Of a stretch of 42,586 bases of DNA, positions 8,693-16,610 are shown in pieces. The notes under the pieces are model-generated. The model saw only the letters and a list, made by a program, of their open reading frames with translations, had not been told where the DNA came from and searched no databases. Origin of the DNA: an uncultured Quadrisphaera sp. (lineage in GTDB: Bacteria; Actinomycetota; Actinomycetes; Actinomycetales; Quadrisphaeraceae); the NCBI GenBank assembly GCA_902806005.1, contig CADCUY010000466.1, forward strand, positions 1-42,586, read 5' to 3'. The position numbers and the translations under genes are program-made. The number at the start of each line of letters is the position of its first letter. Within the stretch, counting starts at the first letter, position 1.

Positions 8693-10147
8693 GTGGAAGA
8701 CAGGATCAGGCGGGCGTCCACCGCGACGCCGCTGGAGCAGCACGTGCGGTCGGCGGCGTGGCTGCTCGCGCTCGTGGCGCTGGCGGGCACGGCTGTCGCC
8801 GTGCCCGCCAACCGCCCTGCGCCGGTGGTCGCCCTCGCGGCGGCCACCGGCCTGGCCTCGCTGCTGTGGCGCTGGGGCCGCAGCCGGCGCACCCCGCGGG
8901 CGCACTGGTCGGCGGACGTCCTCGACGCCGCTGCCGTCGGCCTGGTCGTCTTCGCCCTCCCGACCTCCACCCAGGTCCTCGCGCTGCCCAGCGCCGCGCT
9001 GTTCCTGCGGACGCTGACGCCCGGCCCGCGTGCAGCGCTCGCCCGCCTGGTGCTGCACCTGACCGCTGTCGGGGCCGGCACCCACCTCGCGGCCGCGACG
9101 GGCCCCAGCACCTCCGGCACGACGGTCGTCGTCGTGGTCAGCGCCCTGCCGGGGATGCTCTTCATCACCCTGCTGGCGGCCCTGCTCGGAGCCGCGCTCT
9201 CCCGCGGCACGCGCGCCTCCGAGCGCGACCGCCTGCTCGTCCGGAGCGGCACGCGCCTGCTCAGCGCGACGTCAGCGGCCGAGGTCGTCCGCGAGGCCGA
9301 GGCCACCGCCCACCAGCTGGTCGCGAGCCTGCCCTCGGTGACGGTCCGCTCGGTCCCGCCCACCGGGCACGAGGACCCGCGCGAACCGACCGTCCGCCGC
9401 CGCAGGTCCCGGGTCGTCCGCCGGGTGGGTGCGGGCCCGCACCAGCGCGGCGACCAGCTCGAGGTCCGCGGCCCGGCCCGGGCGGTCGAGGAGGTCGAGC
9501 CGCCCCTGGCGGTGCTGGTCCAGCAGGTGCAGGCGGCGCTGCGGCAGTGCGCGGTGCTCGAGGAGCTGCGCCTGCGCGCCGAGACCGACTCGCTCACCGG
9601 CCTGTCGACGCGAGCGGTGCTCCACACCGCCCTCGGGCGGGCCACCCTGCAGGCCACCCGTGACGCCGTCGACGCCCCGACCGCGTCGCGCGCGACGCTG
9701 GTGGTCGTCGACTGCGACGGCTTCAAGCAGGTCAACGACTCCGCGGGCCACGCCACGGGCGACGCGGTGCTCGTCGAGGTCGCCCGTCGGCTGCGGCGGG
9801 GCACCCGTCCCGGCGACGTGGTGGCCCGCCTCGGCGGCGACGAGTTCGCCGTGCTGCTGCAGCGCGGCGACGGGGCGCGGCAGGTGGAGGAGCTGGTCGC
9901 CGCGCTCGACGGCGTCATGGTGCTGGGGGGCCGCTGCCTGACCGTGACGTGCAGCGTCGGATCGGCCGCCGTGGTGCCCGGTCGCACGAGCGAAGCGCTG
10001 CTCCACCGCGCCGACACGGCGATGTACCGGGCCAAGAGCACCGGGGGAGGTCGGCACGAGACCTTCGACGCGACGGGCGACCGCGTCGAGCGGCTGCCCC
10101 GGCCGCGCGCGGACGTCGCCCCCGTGGAGACGGCCACGGCGGGCTGA
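8693..10147 (+). CDS. Membrane-anchored diguanylate cyclase (GGDEF domain)
   Basis: ORF of 484 aa. The N-terminal ~170 aa are hydrophobic and multi-spanning. The C-terminal domain has DSLTGL, an intact GGDEF, and RPGD five residues upstream (an RxxD I-site). The start is GTG. Confidence 0.9.
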   Translation: MEDRIRRASTATPLEQHVRSAAWLLALVALAGTAVAVPANRPAPVVALAAATGLASLLWRWGRSRRTPRAHWSADVLDAAAVGLVVFALPTSTQVLALPSAALFLRTLTPGPRAALARLVLHLTAVGAGTHLAAATGPSTSGTTVVVVVSALPGMLFITLLAALLGAALSRGTRASERDRLLVRSGTRLLSATSAAEVVREAEATAHQLVASLPSVTVRSVPPTGHEDPREPTVRRRRSRVVRRVGAGPHQRGDQLEVRGPARAVEEVEPPLAVLVQQVQAALRQCAVLEELRLRAETDSLTGLSTRAVLHTALGRATLQATRDAVDAPTASRATLVVVDCDGFKQVNDSAGHATGDAVLVEVARRLRRGTRPGDVVARLGGDEFAVLLQRGDGARQVEELVAALDGVMVLGGRCLTVTCSVGSAAVVPGRTSEALLHRADTAMYRAKSTGGGRHETFDATGDRVERLPRPRADVAPVETATAG

Positions 10148-10275
10148 CCCTCCCCGGCGCGGCTGCCAGCCTCCCGGGCTCCGGCCTCCGCCGGGGAACA
10201 CCCTCGCCCCGGTGGAGGTTCACCACGCAGTCACTGGTGCCCCGGACCCGGGGTGGCTCGACTTCGGAGGTGCCC

Positions 10276-10950
10276 GTGCGCGTGACCGTCGCTGGAGCCC
10301 ACGGCCAGGTGGCCCTGCTCCTGAACCGCCGCCTCACCGACGCCGGGCACGACGTCGTCGGCCTGGTCCGCAACCCCGCTCACCTCGACGAGGTCGAGGC
10401 CTCCGGCGCGAGGGGCGTCGTCTGCGACCTGGAGTCGGCGTCCTCGGAGGACGTCGGAGCGGCGGTCGACGGCTCCGACGCGGTCGTCTTCGCCGCCGGG
10501 TCGGGCCCGGGCAGCGGACCCGCCCGCAAGGACGCGATGGACCGCGCCGGCGCCGAGCTGCTGGCCCGGGCAGCCGGGTCGGCCGGCGCCTCCCGGTACG
10601 TCCTGGTCTCCTCGATGGGCGTGGAGACCGTGCGCGACAGCGCCCCGCCCAGCGCCGGGGCGGAGGACGTGTTCACCTCCTACCTGCGCGCGAAGCTGGC
10701 GTCCGAGGACGCCGTGCGGGCCACCGACCTGGCCTGGACGGTGCTGCGTCCCGGCCGGCTCACCGACGGGCCCGGCACCGGTCAGGTCACCCTGGCCGGC
10801 CGCGTCGAGGACGGGGCGGTCCCGCGCGAGGACGTCGCCGCCGTCCTGGTGGCCCTGCTCGACGAGCCCCGGACCAGCGGGAAGGTGCTGGAGCTGGTCG
10901 CCGGAGCGACGCCCGTCGACGCGGCCGTCGCCGCCACCGTCCGCGACTGA
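10276..10950 (+). CDS. NAD(P)H-binding protein (atypical SDR / NmrA-like)
   Basis: VRVTVAGAHGQVALLL..., a Rossmann N-terminus, and a C-terminal region typical of SDR_a5. The Shine-Dalgarno cGGAGG is at 10265..10270. In-frame GTGs occur at 10270, 10276 and 10282, so the start is uncertain by a few codons. Confidence 0.82.
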   Translation: MRVTVAGAHGQVALLLNRRLTDAGHDVVGLVRNPAHLDEVEASGARGVVCDLESASSEDVGAAVDGSDAVVFAAGSGPGSGPARKDAMDRAGAELLARAAGSAGASRYVLVSSMGVETVRDSAPPSAGAEDVFTSYLRAKLASEDAVRATDLAWTVLRPGRLTDGPGTGQVTLAGRVEDGAVPREDVAAVLVALLDEPRTSGKVLELVAGATPVDAAVAATVRD

Positions 10951-10985
10951 GGTCGCGGTCCACGACCGAGGGAAGAGGTACCCGC

Positions 10986-11738
10986 ATGTCCGCTCCCGTG
11001 GTGATGGTGCACGGCAACCCCGAGACCGAGGCCGTGTGGGACCCCCTGCTGGCCGAGCTCCACCTCGACCGCACCGTGCGCCTGTCCCCGCCCGGCTTCG
11101 GCGCGGTGCTCCCCGCCGGGTTCGGGGCCACGATGCCCGAGTACCGCGACTGGCTGATCACCCAGCTCGAGGCGTTCGAGGAGCCGGTGGACCTGGTCGG
11201 CCACGACTGGGGCGCGGGGCACGTGATGAACGCGGTGATGGCCCGCCCCGACCTGGTGCGCAGCTGGGCCGTCGACGGGATCGCCCTGTTCGACCCCGAC
11301 TACGCCTGGCACCCCCTGGCCCGGACGTGGCAGGACCCGGTCACCGGGCCGGACGCCGTCGCCGCGCTCGTCGGCGGCACCGAGGAGGAGCGCACGAGCG
11401 TGATGCTCGGGTTCGGCATCCCCCAGCCGGTGGCTCGGCAGCTGGCCGCGGCGCAGGGCGAGGAGATGGGCAGGGCCATCCTGTCCCTGTACCGCTCCGC
11501 CCTGCAGCCGGCGATGTCCGACGCCGGTCGCCACCTCGAGGCCGCCGCCGCTCGTCCCGGGCTGGCCGTCTGGGCCACCGGGGACGACCTCATGGGGACC
11601 GAGGAGATGCGCCGGCGCAGCGCCGACCGAGCGGGGGCGCGCACGGCGGTGCTGGACGGGCCCGGCCACTGGTGGATGCTCCAGGAGCCCGCTCGCGCGG
11701 CCCGCGTCCTCGGCGACTTCTGGGCGGGCCTGCCGTGA
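10986..11738 (+). CDS. Alpha/beta hydrolase with Asp nucleophile (epoxide hydrolase/dehalogenase-type GHDWG)
   Basis: HGNP oxyanion motif, nucleophile elbow VGHDWGAGH, and C-terminal GPGHWW. This is the last 250 aa of ORF 10212..11738. Confidence 0.85.
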   Translation: MSAPVVMVHGNPETEAVWDPLLAELHLDRTVRLSPPGFGAVLPAGFGATMPEYRDWLITQLEAFEEPVDLVGHDWGAGHVMNAVMARPDLVRSWAVDGIALFDPDYAWHPLARTWQDPVTGPDAVAALVGGTEEERTSVMLGFGIPQPVARQLAAAQGEEMGRAILSLYRSALQPAMSDAGRHLEAAAARPGLAVWATGDDLMGTEEMRRRSADRAGARTAVLDGPGHWWMLQEPARAARVLGDFWAGLP

Positions 11739-11850
11739 GCTCCCCGGCCACGGCGCAGGGCACCCGTCCCGAGCGGTGACGTCCGCCTCGGGGGCGAGGG
11801 GGCGTCGCTGACCGTCGACCCCGGGTCGGGCGCGGGTGGCAGCGCCTCCG

Positions 11851-12903
11851 TCACGGGGTGACCGGGTCCTCGACGTGCCAGGTGAGCCCGGCGGGGGCCA
11901 GGGCGTCCAGGAAGTCCCCGGCGTCGAAGGCCTGGGCGGGGGTGAGGGCGCCGACCGGGCCGGGCCGGTCGACGAGGCGGCGGACGGCCTCGACGGCGAT
12001 GACGCTGGTCGTCCCGTAGACGTCGCCGCCCTCGAGCGTCGCCCGGCGCGAACGGCCGTCGACGCCGAGCGCGTCGACCACCAGGGTGTAGCGGGACCGG
12101 GCCCGGCTCTGCGGGTCGGGGCCGCCGCGGAGGGGCATGCTCGCCACCAGGTCGGGGCCGGCGCCGGCGAAGAAGGCGTGGACCTCCGGCGACGCGAGCC
12201 CCTCGGCGTGCCGGGTGGTGACGTGGCGGGGGATCGTGACCGCCGGTGGCAGCGCGAAGCGCACGACCGGTGAGGCGGCGGCCGCGCCGGGCCAGCGGAC
12301 CTCGGTCCTGCGCGCCGGGGCGCCCCGCACGTAGGACCCGCGCTCGTAGACCGGCCCCCCGGTGCGCATGGTCTCCTGCGTGGTCAGCGCCATGAGGACC
12401 GTCCCGCGCGAGCCCTCGGTGTCGGTGGCGGTGAAGGCGACGCTGATGGTCTCCAGCTCACCGAGGCCGTCGGCGACGAGGTGGCCCAGCAGGTCGCCCG
12501 GAAGGCAGTCGTTGTTGGCAGCGGGCACGACGGCGACCCCGGCGCTCGCGGCGTCCTGACCGCAGCGCTCGAGGACGCCTAGCACGTACTCCTCCTCCCC
12601 GGCGACGTCGACGAGGGGGACGCCCGCGGCGATGGCGGCGCGGACGACCGCCTCGCCGTGCAGGGTGAAGGGGCTGGCGCAGCCGACGACCCCGTCGGCG
12701 CCGTCGAACGCGCCGCGCAGCGCCAGCCCGTCGTCCAGCTCGGCGACCCGCACCTCGGCGTCGGGCGCTCCCGCTGCGGCGGCCGCTGCACGCAGCCGGC
12801 CCCGGTCGCGCCCGACCAGCACGGGGTCCACGCCGCGCTGCAGCAGCTCGGCCACCACCAGGCCCCCGACGAACCCGGTCGCTCCGTAGACGGCGATCCT
12901 CAT
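11851..12903 (-). CDS. Saccharopine dehydrogenase-like NAD(P)-binding protein
   Basis: MRIAVYGATGFVGGLVVAELLQRG... makes up the C-terminal 350 aa of ORF 11851..13047. GGGGGAAG lies upstream of the ATG at 12903. Confidence 0.85.
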   Translation of the reverse strand: MRIAVYGATGFVGGLVVAELLQRGVDPVLVGRDRGRLRAAAAAAGAPDAEVRVAELDDGLALRGAFDGADGVVGCASPFTLHGEAVVRAAIAAGVPLVDVAGEEEYVLGVLERCGQDAASAGVAVVPAANNDCLPGDLLGHLVADGLGELETISVAFTATDTEGSRGTVLMALTTQETMRTGGPVYERGSYVRGAPARRTEVRWPGAAAASPVVRFALPPAVTIPRHVTTRHAEGLASPEVHAFFAGAGPDLVASMPLRGGPDPQSRARSRYTLVVDALGVDGRSRRATLEGGDVYGTTSVIAVEAVRRLVDRPGPVGALTPAQAFDAGDFLDALAPAGLTWHVEDPVTP

Positions 12904-12963
12904 GCTTCCCCCTGTGCTCGAGCCGGTGTGCCGCCACCACGGTGGGCCGTTCCGCCGGGCCCA

Positions 12964-13001
12964 GCCACACCCCGTCCTGACCACCCCCCGCAGGGTGTGG
13001 C
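12964..13001. promoter_or_regulatory. Inverted repeat GCCACACCC-N20-GGGTGTGGC in the divergent region upstream of MmyB-like regulator 1
   Basis: Read directly from the sequence: 9-bp perfect arms at 12964..12972 and 12993..13001. Confidence 0.4.
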
Positions 13002-13033
13002 CAGCGTCCGGGCGGTGACCCGAGACTGGTGGG

Positions 13034-13942
13034 GTGGTCGACGACACGGGGCTGGGGCCCTTCCTGCAGAGCCGCCGGGCGCGGCTGAGCCCGCAGGACG
13101 TCGGGCTGGTGCCCTTCGGGGACCGCCGCAGGGTGCCGGGCCTGCGCCGCGAGGAGGTCGCCCAGCTGGCGGGGGTGAGCCCGTCGTACTACGCGCGCCT
13201 GGAGCAGGGCCAGTCCCGGCGGGCCTCCCCGGCGGTGCTCGAGGCGATCGCGCGGGCGCTGGGGCTCGACGGCGACGAGCGAGCGCACCTGCTCGACCTG
13301 GCCCGCGCCCCCGCCCGGCTCCGGGCCCGGCCGCGGCGGGTCGAGCAGCTCGCGCCCGCGACCCGCGGTCTGCTGCGGTCCCTCGGCCCGGTGCCGGCCC
13401 TGGTCACGGGCGCCTGGTGCGACGTCCTCGGGTGGACCCCGATGGGGCACGCCCTGGTGGCGGGGCACGCCGACCCGGCCTCCCCCGACCGCCCGGCCGA
13501 GCGCCCGAACACGGCGCGCATGGTGTTCCTCGACCCCCACACCCGCGAGCTGCACGCGCAGTGGCGGGACAAGGCCGCGGCGGTCGTCGCGCACCTGAGG
13601 CTGGTCGCCGGCCGGCTGCCCGACGACCGGGTCCACCAGCTGGTCGGCGAGCTGACCGCCCGCAGCGCGGAGTTCACCGACCTCTGGCGCGACCAGCGGG
13701 TCACGGCGTGCTCGGTGGCGACCTACGACCTGCGCCACCCGCTCGTCGGCACGCTGACCGTCACCCAGCAGTCGCTGTCCCTCGGGCACGACCCGGAGCA
13801 GTCGCTGGTCGTCTTCACCGCTGAGGCGGGCAGCTCCTCGCAGGCAGCCCTGGACCTGCTGGGGCACCTGGTCGGTGGCCCGGCGCCGGCCACAGCGGGG
13901 CTGGGATCGCCGGCGCGGGAGCGGAGCGCGACAGCCCGGTGA
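13034..13942 (+). CDS. MmyB-like transcriptional regulator (XRE HTH plus C-terminal MmyB-like ligand-binding domain)
   Basis: FLQSRRARLSPQDVGL...GLRREEVAQLAGVSPSYYARLEQG...VLEAIARAL.L, about 300 aa in total. It is paralogous to the genes at 21166 and 30738. Confidence 0.88.
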   Translation: MVDDTGLGPFLQSRRARLSPQDVGLVPFGDRRRVPGLRREEVAQLAGVSPSYYARLEQGQSRRASPAVLEAIARALGLDGDERAHLLDLARAPARLRARPRRVEQLAPATRGLLRSLGPVPALVTGAWCDVLGWTPMGHALVAGHADPASPDRPAERPNTARMVFLDPHTRELHAQWRDKAAAVVAHLRLVAGRLPDDRVHQLVGELTARSAEFTDLWRDQRVTACSVATYDLRHPLVGTLTVTQQSLSLGHDPEQSLVVFTAEAGSSSQAALDLLGHLVGGPAPATAGLGSPARERSATAR

Positions 13943-14057
13943 GCCGTCCGCGGTGGTCGCGCCGTCGTCGACGCCACGGGCCTCGCCCGCGGTCGGGCGC
14001 CGGTCGAGGTGGGTCCAGCTCCGGAACACCCGGGGCGGGACGGAGGTTCCACCACAG

Positions 14058-14747
14058 GTGACGACAATGGGTTTCATCGGCAGTGGCAAGATCGGCAGCG
14101 CGGCGGCTCGGCTGGCAGTGGGTGCCGGTCACGACGTGGTCATGAGCAACAGCCGGGGGCCCGAGACCCTCACCGACCTGGTGGGCGAGCTGGGTCCCCG
14201 GGCCCGCGCGGGCACCAGCCTCGACGCCGCGCAGTCCGGCGACGTGGTCGTGGTGACCATCCCGCTGAAGGAGTACGACCAGGTGCCCCGGGACGCCCTC
14301 GCGGGCAAGGTCGTGCTGGACACCATGAACTACTACCCGGAGCGCGACGGCCAGATCGCCGCCCTGGACGACGAGTCGACCACCACCTCGGAGCTGCTCC
14401 AGGCGCACCTCCCGGACTCCCGGGTGGTCAAGGTGTTCAACAACATCCACTTCGCGCACCTGGCCGAGCTCCCACGACCTGCCGGGGCCGACGACCGCAG
14501 CGCCATCGCGATCGCGGGTGACGACGCCGCCGCGAAGGCCACGGTCACGGGGCTGCTGGACGACATGGGGTACGACGCCCACGACCTGGGGCCGTTGTCC
14601 GAGGGCTGGCGCACCCAGCGCGACACCTCCGCCTACGGGCAGTTCTACTTCAACGACCCGCAGGACCTCGCTGCCGGGCCGCGACAGGCCACCGCGGCCA
14701 CGATCGCCCAGAAGGCGTCCGAGGCCAAGCGCTACCGCGACAGCTGA
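14058..14747 (+). CDS. NAD(P)-binding oxidoreductase, COG2085 / F420_oxidored family (NADPH-dependent F420 reductase-like)
   Basis: VTTMGFIGSGKIGSAAARLAVGAGHDVVMSNSRGPETL.... It is colinear with its paralog at 29031 (VTQTLGIIGSGQVGG..SNSRGPETL). GTG at 14058 is chosen by analogy with the paralog; ATG at 14067 is the alternative. Confidence 0.85.
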   Translation: MTTMGFIGSGKIGSAAARLAVGAGHDVVMSNSRGPETLTDLVGELGPRARAGTSLDAAQSGDVVVVTIPLKEYDQVPRDALAGKVVLDTMNYYPERDGQIAALDDESTTTSELLQAHLPDSRVVKVFNNIHFAHLAELPRPAGADDRSAIAIAGDDAAAKATVTGLLDDMGYDAHDLGPLSEGWRTQRDTSAYGQFYFNDPQDLAAGPRQATAATIAQKASEAKRYRDS

Positions 14748-14881
14748 CGGCGGTCACCGGGCGCACGACCGCGTGGCCGACCCCCGACCCGTGAGAGGTC
14801 GGCCTCGCGGTCGAGCGCTCCGGGACGTCCGCCACCACCGTGGCCGACGCCTCGCCCGGTGGGTCCGCCCTGCTCCCCCCT

Positions 14882-14898
14882 CACGGGAACGTCCCGTG
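14882..14898 (+). promoter_or_regulatory. Perfect hairpin CACGGGA-acg-TCCCGTG just upstream of the ALDH ribosome-binding site
   Basis: Read directly from the sequence: 7-bp stem and 3-nt loop, ending 8 nt before GAGGTGAAGAGG. Confidence 0.5.
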
Positions 14899-14926
14899 CG
14901 GTCACTGAGGTGAAGAGGTGTTCCCG

Positions 14927-16522
14927 ATGGTGAGGACGACGGAGCAGTCGGCGCAGGACGCGGTCGACGACGACGTGGCGCGGGGGAGGGGCCAGTTCGT
15001 GGTCCGCTCGCCCGTGGACGACCGCGTCGTGGCCCGGCTCCGCGAGACGGGCGCGGCGGAGGTCCAGCGCGCGGCGGCGGACCTGCGGGCGGCGCAGGCG
15101 GAGTGGGAGGCGCTGGGGCCCGGGTTCCGTGCCCGGCACCTGCTCCGCCTGCGGGACTGGGTGCTGGACAACGAGGCGCACCTCCTGGACACGATCCAGC
15201 TGGAGAGCGGGAAGGTCCGTCAGGACGCCGCCTTCGAGATCACGGCGAGCGTCGACGTCATCAACTACTACGCGCGGCGGGCCGAGCGCTACCTGCAGCC
15301 CGGGCACCCCCGGCCGCACGGGGCGCTCATCGCGAGCAAGGCGCTCACGGTCAGCCACCGGGCCCACCCGCTGGTGGGGGTCGTCAGCCCGTGGAACTTC
15401 CCGCTGTTCATCCCGCTCGGTGATGCCGCGCCCGCTCTGCTGGCGGGTGCCGCCGTCATCCTCAAGCCGTCCGAGCTGACACCGCTCACGGCTGTCGAGC
15501 TGGGTCGGGGGTGGCAGGAGGTCGGGGGACCGGACGTCTTCCGGGTGCTCACCGGTACCGGTGCCACCGGCGCTGCCGTCGTGGACCAGGTCGACTACGT
15601 GCAGTTCACCGGTTCCACCAGGACCGGACGGGCGATCGCCGTCCGGGCCGCCGAACGCCTCATCCCCTGCTCGCTCGAGCTGGGCGGCAAGGACCCCATG
15701 ATCGTGCTCGACGACGCTGACCTCGAGCACGCCGTCGGCGGAGCGCTGTGGGGCGGGCTGTTCGGGTCCGGGCAGACGTGCACCGCGGTCGAGCGCATCT
15801 ACGTGCAGGACGGCATCTACGACCGCTTCGTCGCGCGGCTGGTGGAGCGCGCCGCCGGGCTGCGCCACGGCACCGACGCCGTCGCCGGTGGCAGCGAGGT
15901 GGGCGCGATGGCGAGCGACGCCCAGGTCGCCATCGTCTCGTCGCACGTGGAGGACGCCGTGGCCCGGGGGGCTCGCGTGCTGACCGGTGGCCGACCGGGC
16001 CTGGCTGGGGCGGACGCTCCGTCCAGCGGGTCCTGGTTCCCCCCGACGGTGCTGGTCGACGTGGACCACTCGATGCTGGTGATGCGCGAGGAGACCTTCG
16101 GGCCGACGCTGCCGGTGATGAGGGTCGCGGACGAGGACGAGGCCGTCGCGCTGGCGAACGACTCCTCCTACGGCCTGTCGGCCAGCGTGTTCACCGGTGA
16201 CCGGCGCCGCGGTGAGCGGATCGCCCGGCGGCTCGAGGTGGGGGCGGTCAACATCAACGACGTCTTCACCAACGTCATCAGCCCGCCCGTGCCGATGTCG
16301 GGGTGGCGCAGCTCCGGGCTGGGTGCGCGCTTCGGCGGGGCGCAGGGCCTCCTGCGGTACTGCCGGACGCAGGCCGTCACCGCGTCCCGCGTCGCCACCC
16401 CCGCGGACGAGCTGCTCTGGTACCCCTACCGGCCCGGCAAGAGCCGGCTGGCGGCTCGGGTCGTCCGCCTGGCCGTGGGCCGCGGGCGGCGACGTCTCAC
16501 CAGCTCCCGCAGCCAGCGCTGA
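14927..16522 (+). CDS. Aldehyde dehydrogenase family protein
   Basis: Motifs VSPWNFP, LELGGKDP (catalytic Glu), GQTCTAVER (catalytic Cys) and EETFGP. Start is ATG 14927 or GTG 14918. Confidence 0.93.
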   Translation: MVRTTEQSAQDAVDDDVARGRGQFVVRSPVDDRVVARLRETGAAEVQRAAADLRAAQAEWEALGPGFRARHLLRLRDWVLDNEAHLLDTIQLESGKVRQDAAFEITASVDVINYYARRAERYLQPGHPRPHGALIASKALTVSHRAHPLVGVVSPWNFPLFIPLGDAAPALLAGAAVILKPSELTPLTAVELGRGWQEVGGPDVFRVLTGTGATGAAVVDQVDYVQFTGSTRTGRAIAVRAAERLIPCSLELGGKDPMIVLDDADLEHAVGGALWGGLFGSGQTCTAVERIYVQDGIYDRFVARLVERAAGLRHGTDAVAGGSEVGAMASDAQVAIVSSHVEDAVARGARVLTGGRPGLAGADAPSSGSWFPPTVLVDVDHSMLVMREETFGPTLPVMRVADEDEAVALANDSSYGLSASVFTGDRRRGERIARRLEVGAVNINDVFTNVISPPVPMSGWRSSGLGARFGGAQGLLRYCRTQAVTASRVATPADELLWYPYRPGKSRLAARVVRLAVGRGRRRLTSSRSQR

Positions 16523-16545
16523 GCGGCGACGCGGCGGCCGGCAGC

Positions 16546-16581
16546 GGACCCCCGTGGCCGAGCGCTCGGCCACGGGGGTCC
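16546..16581. terminator. 36-nt perfect palindrome; candidate bidirectional intrinsic terminator between convergent genes
   Basis: gGACCCCCGTGGCCGAGCGCTCGGCCACGGGGGTCc was verified base by base. It lies 24 nt after the ALDH stop and 30 nt after the monooxygenase stop. Confidence 0.75.
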
Positions 16582-16610
16582 CCAGCCGACCGCTCGGCCC
16601 GGGTGCCGGC

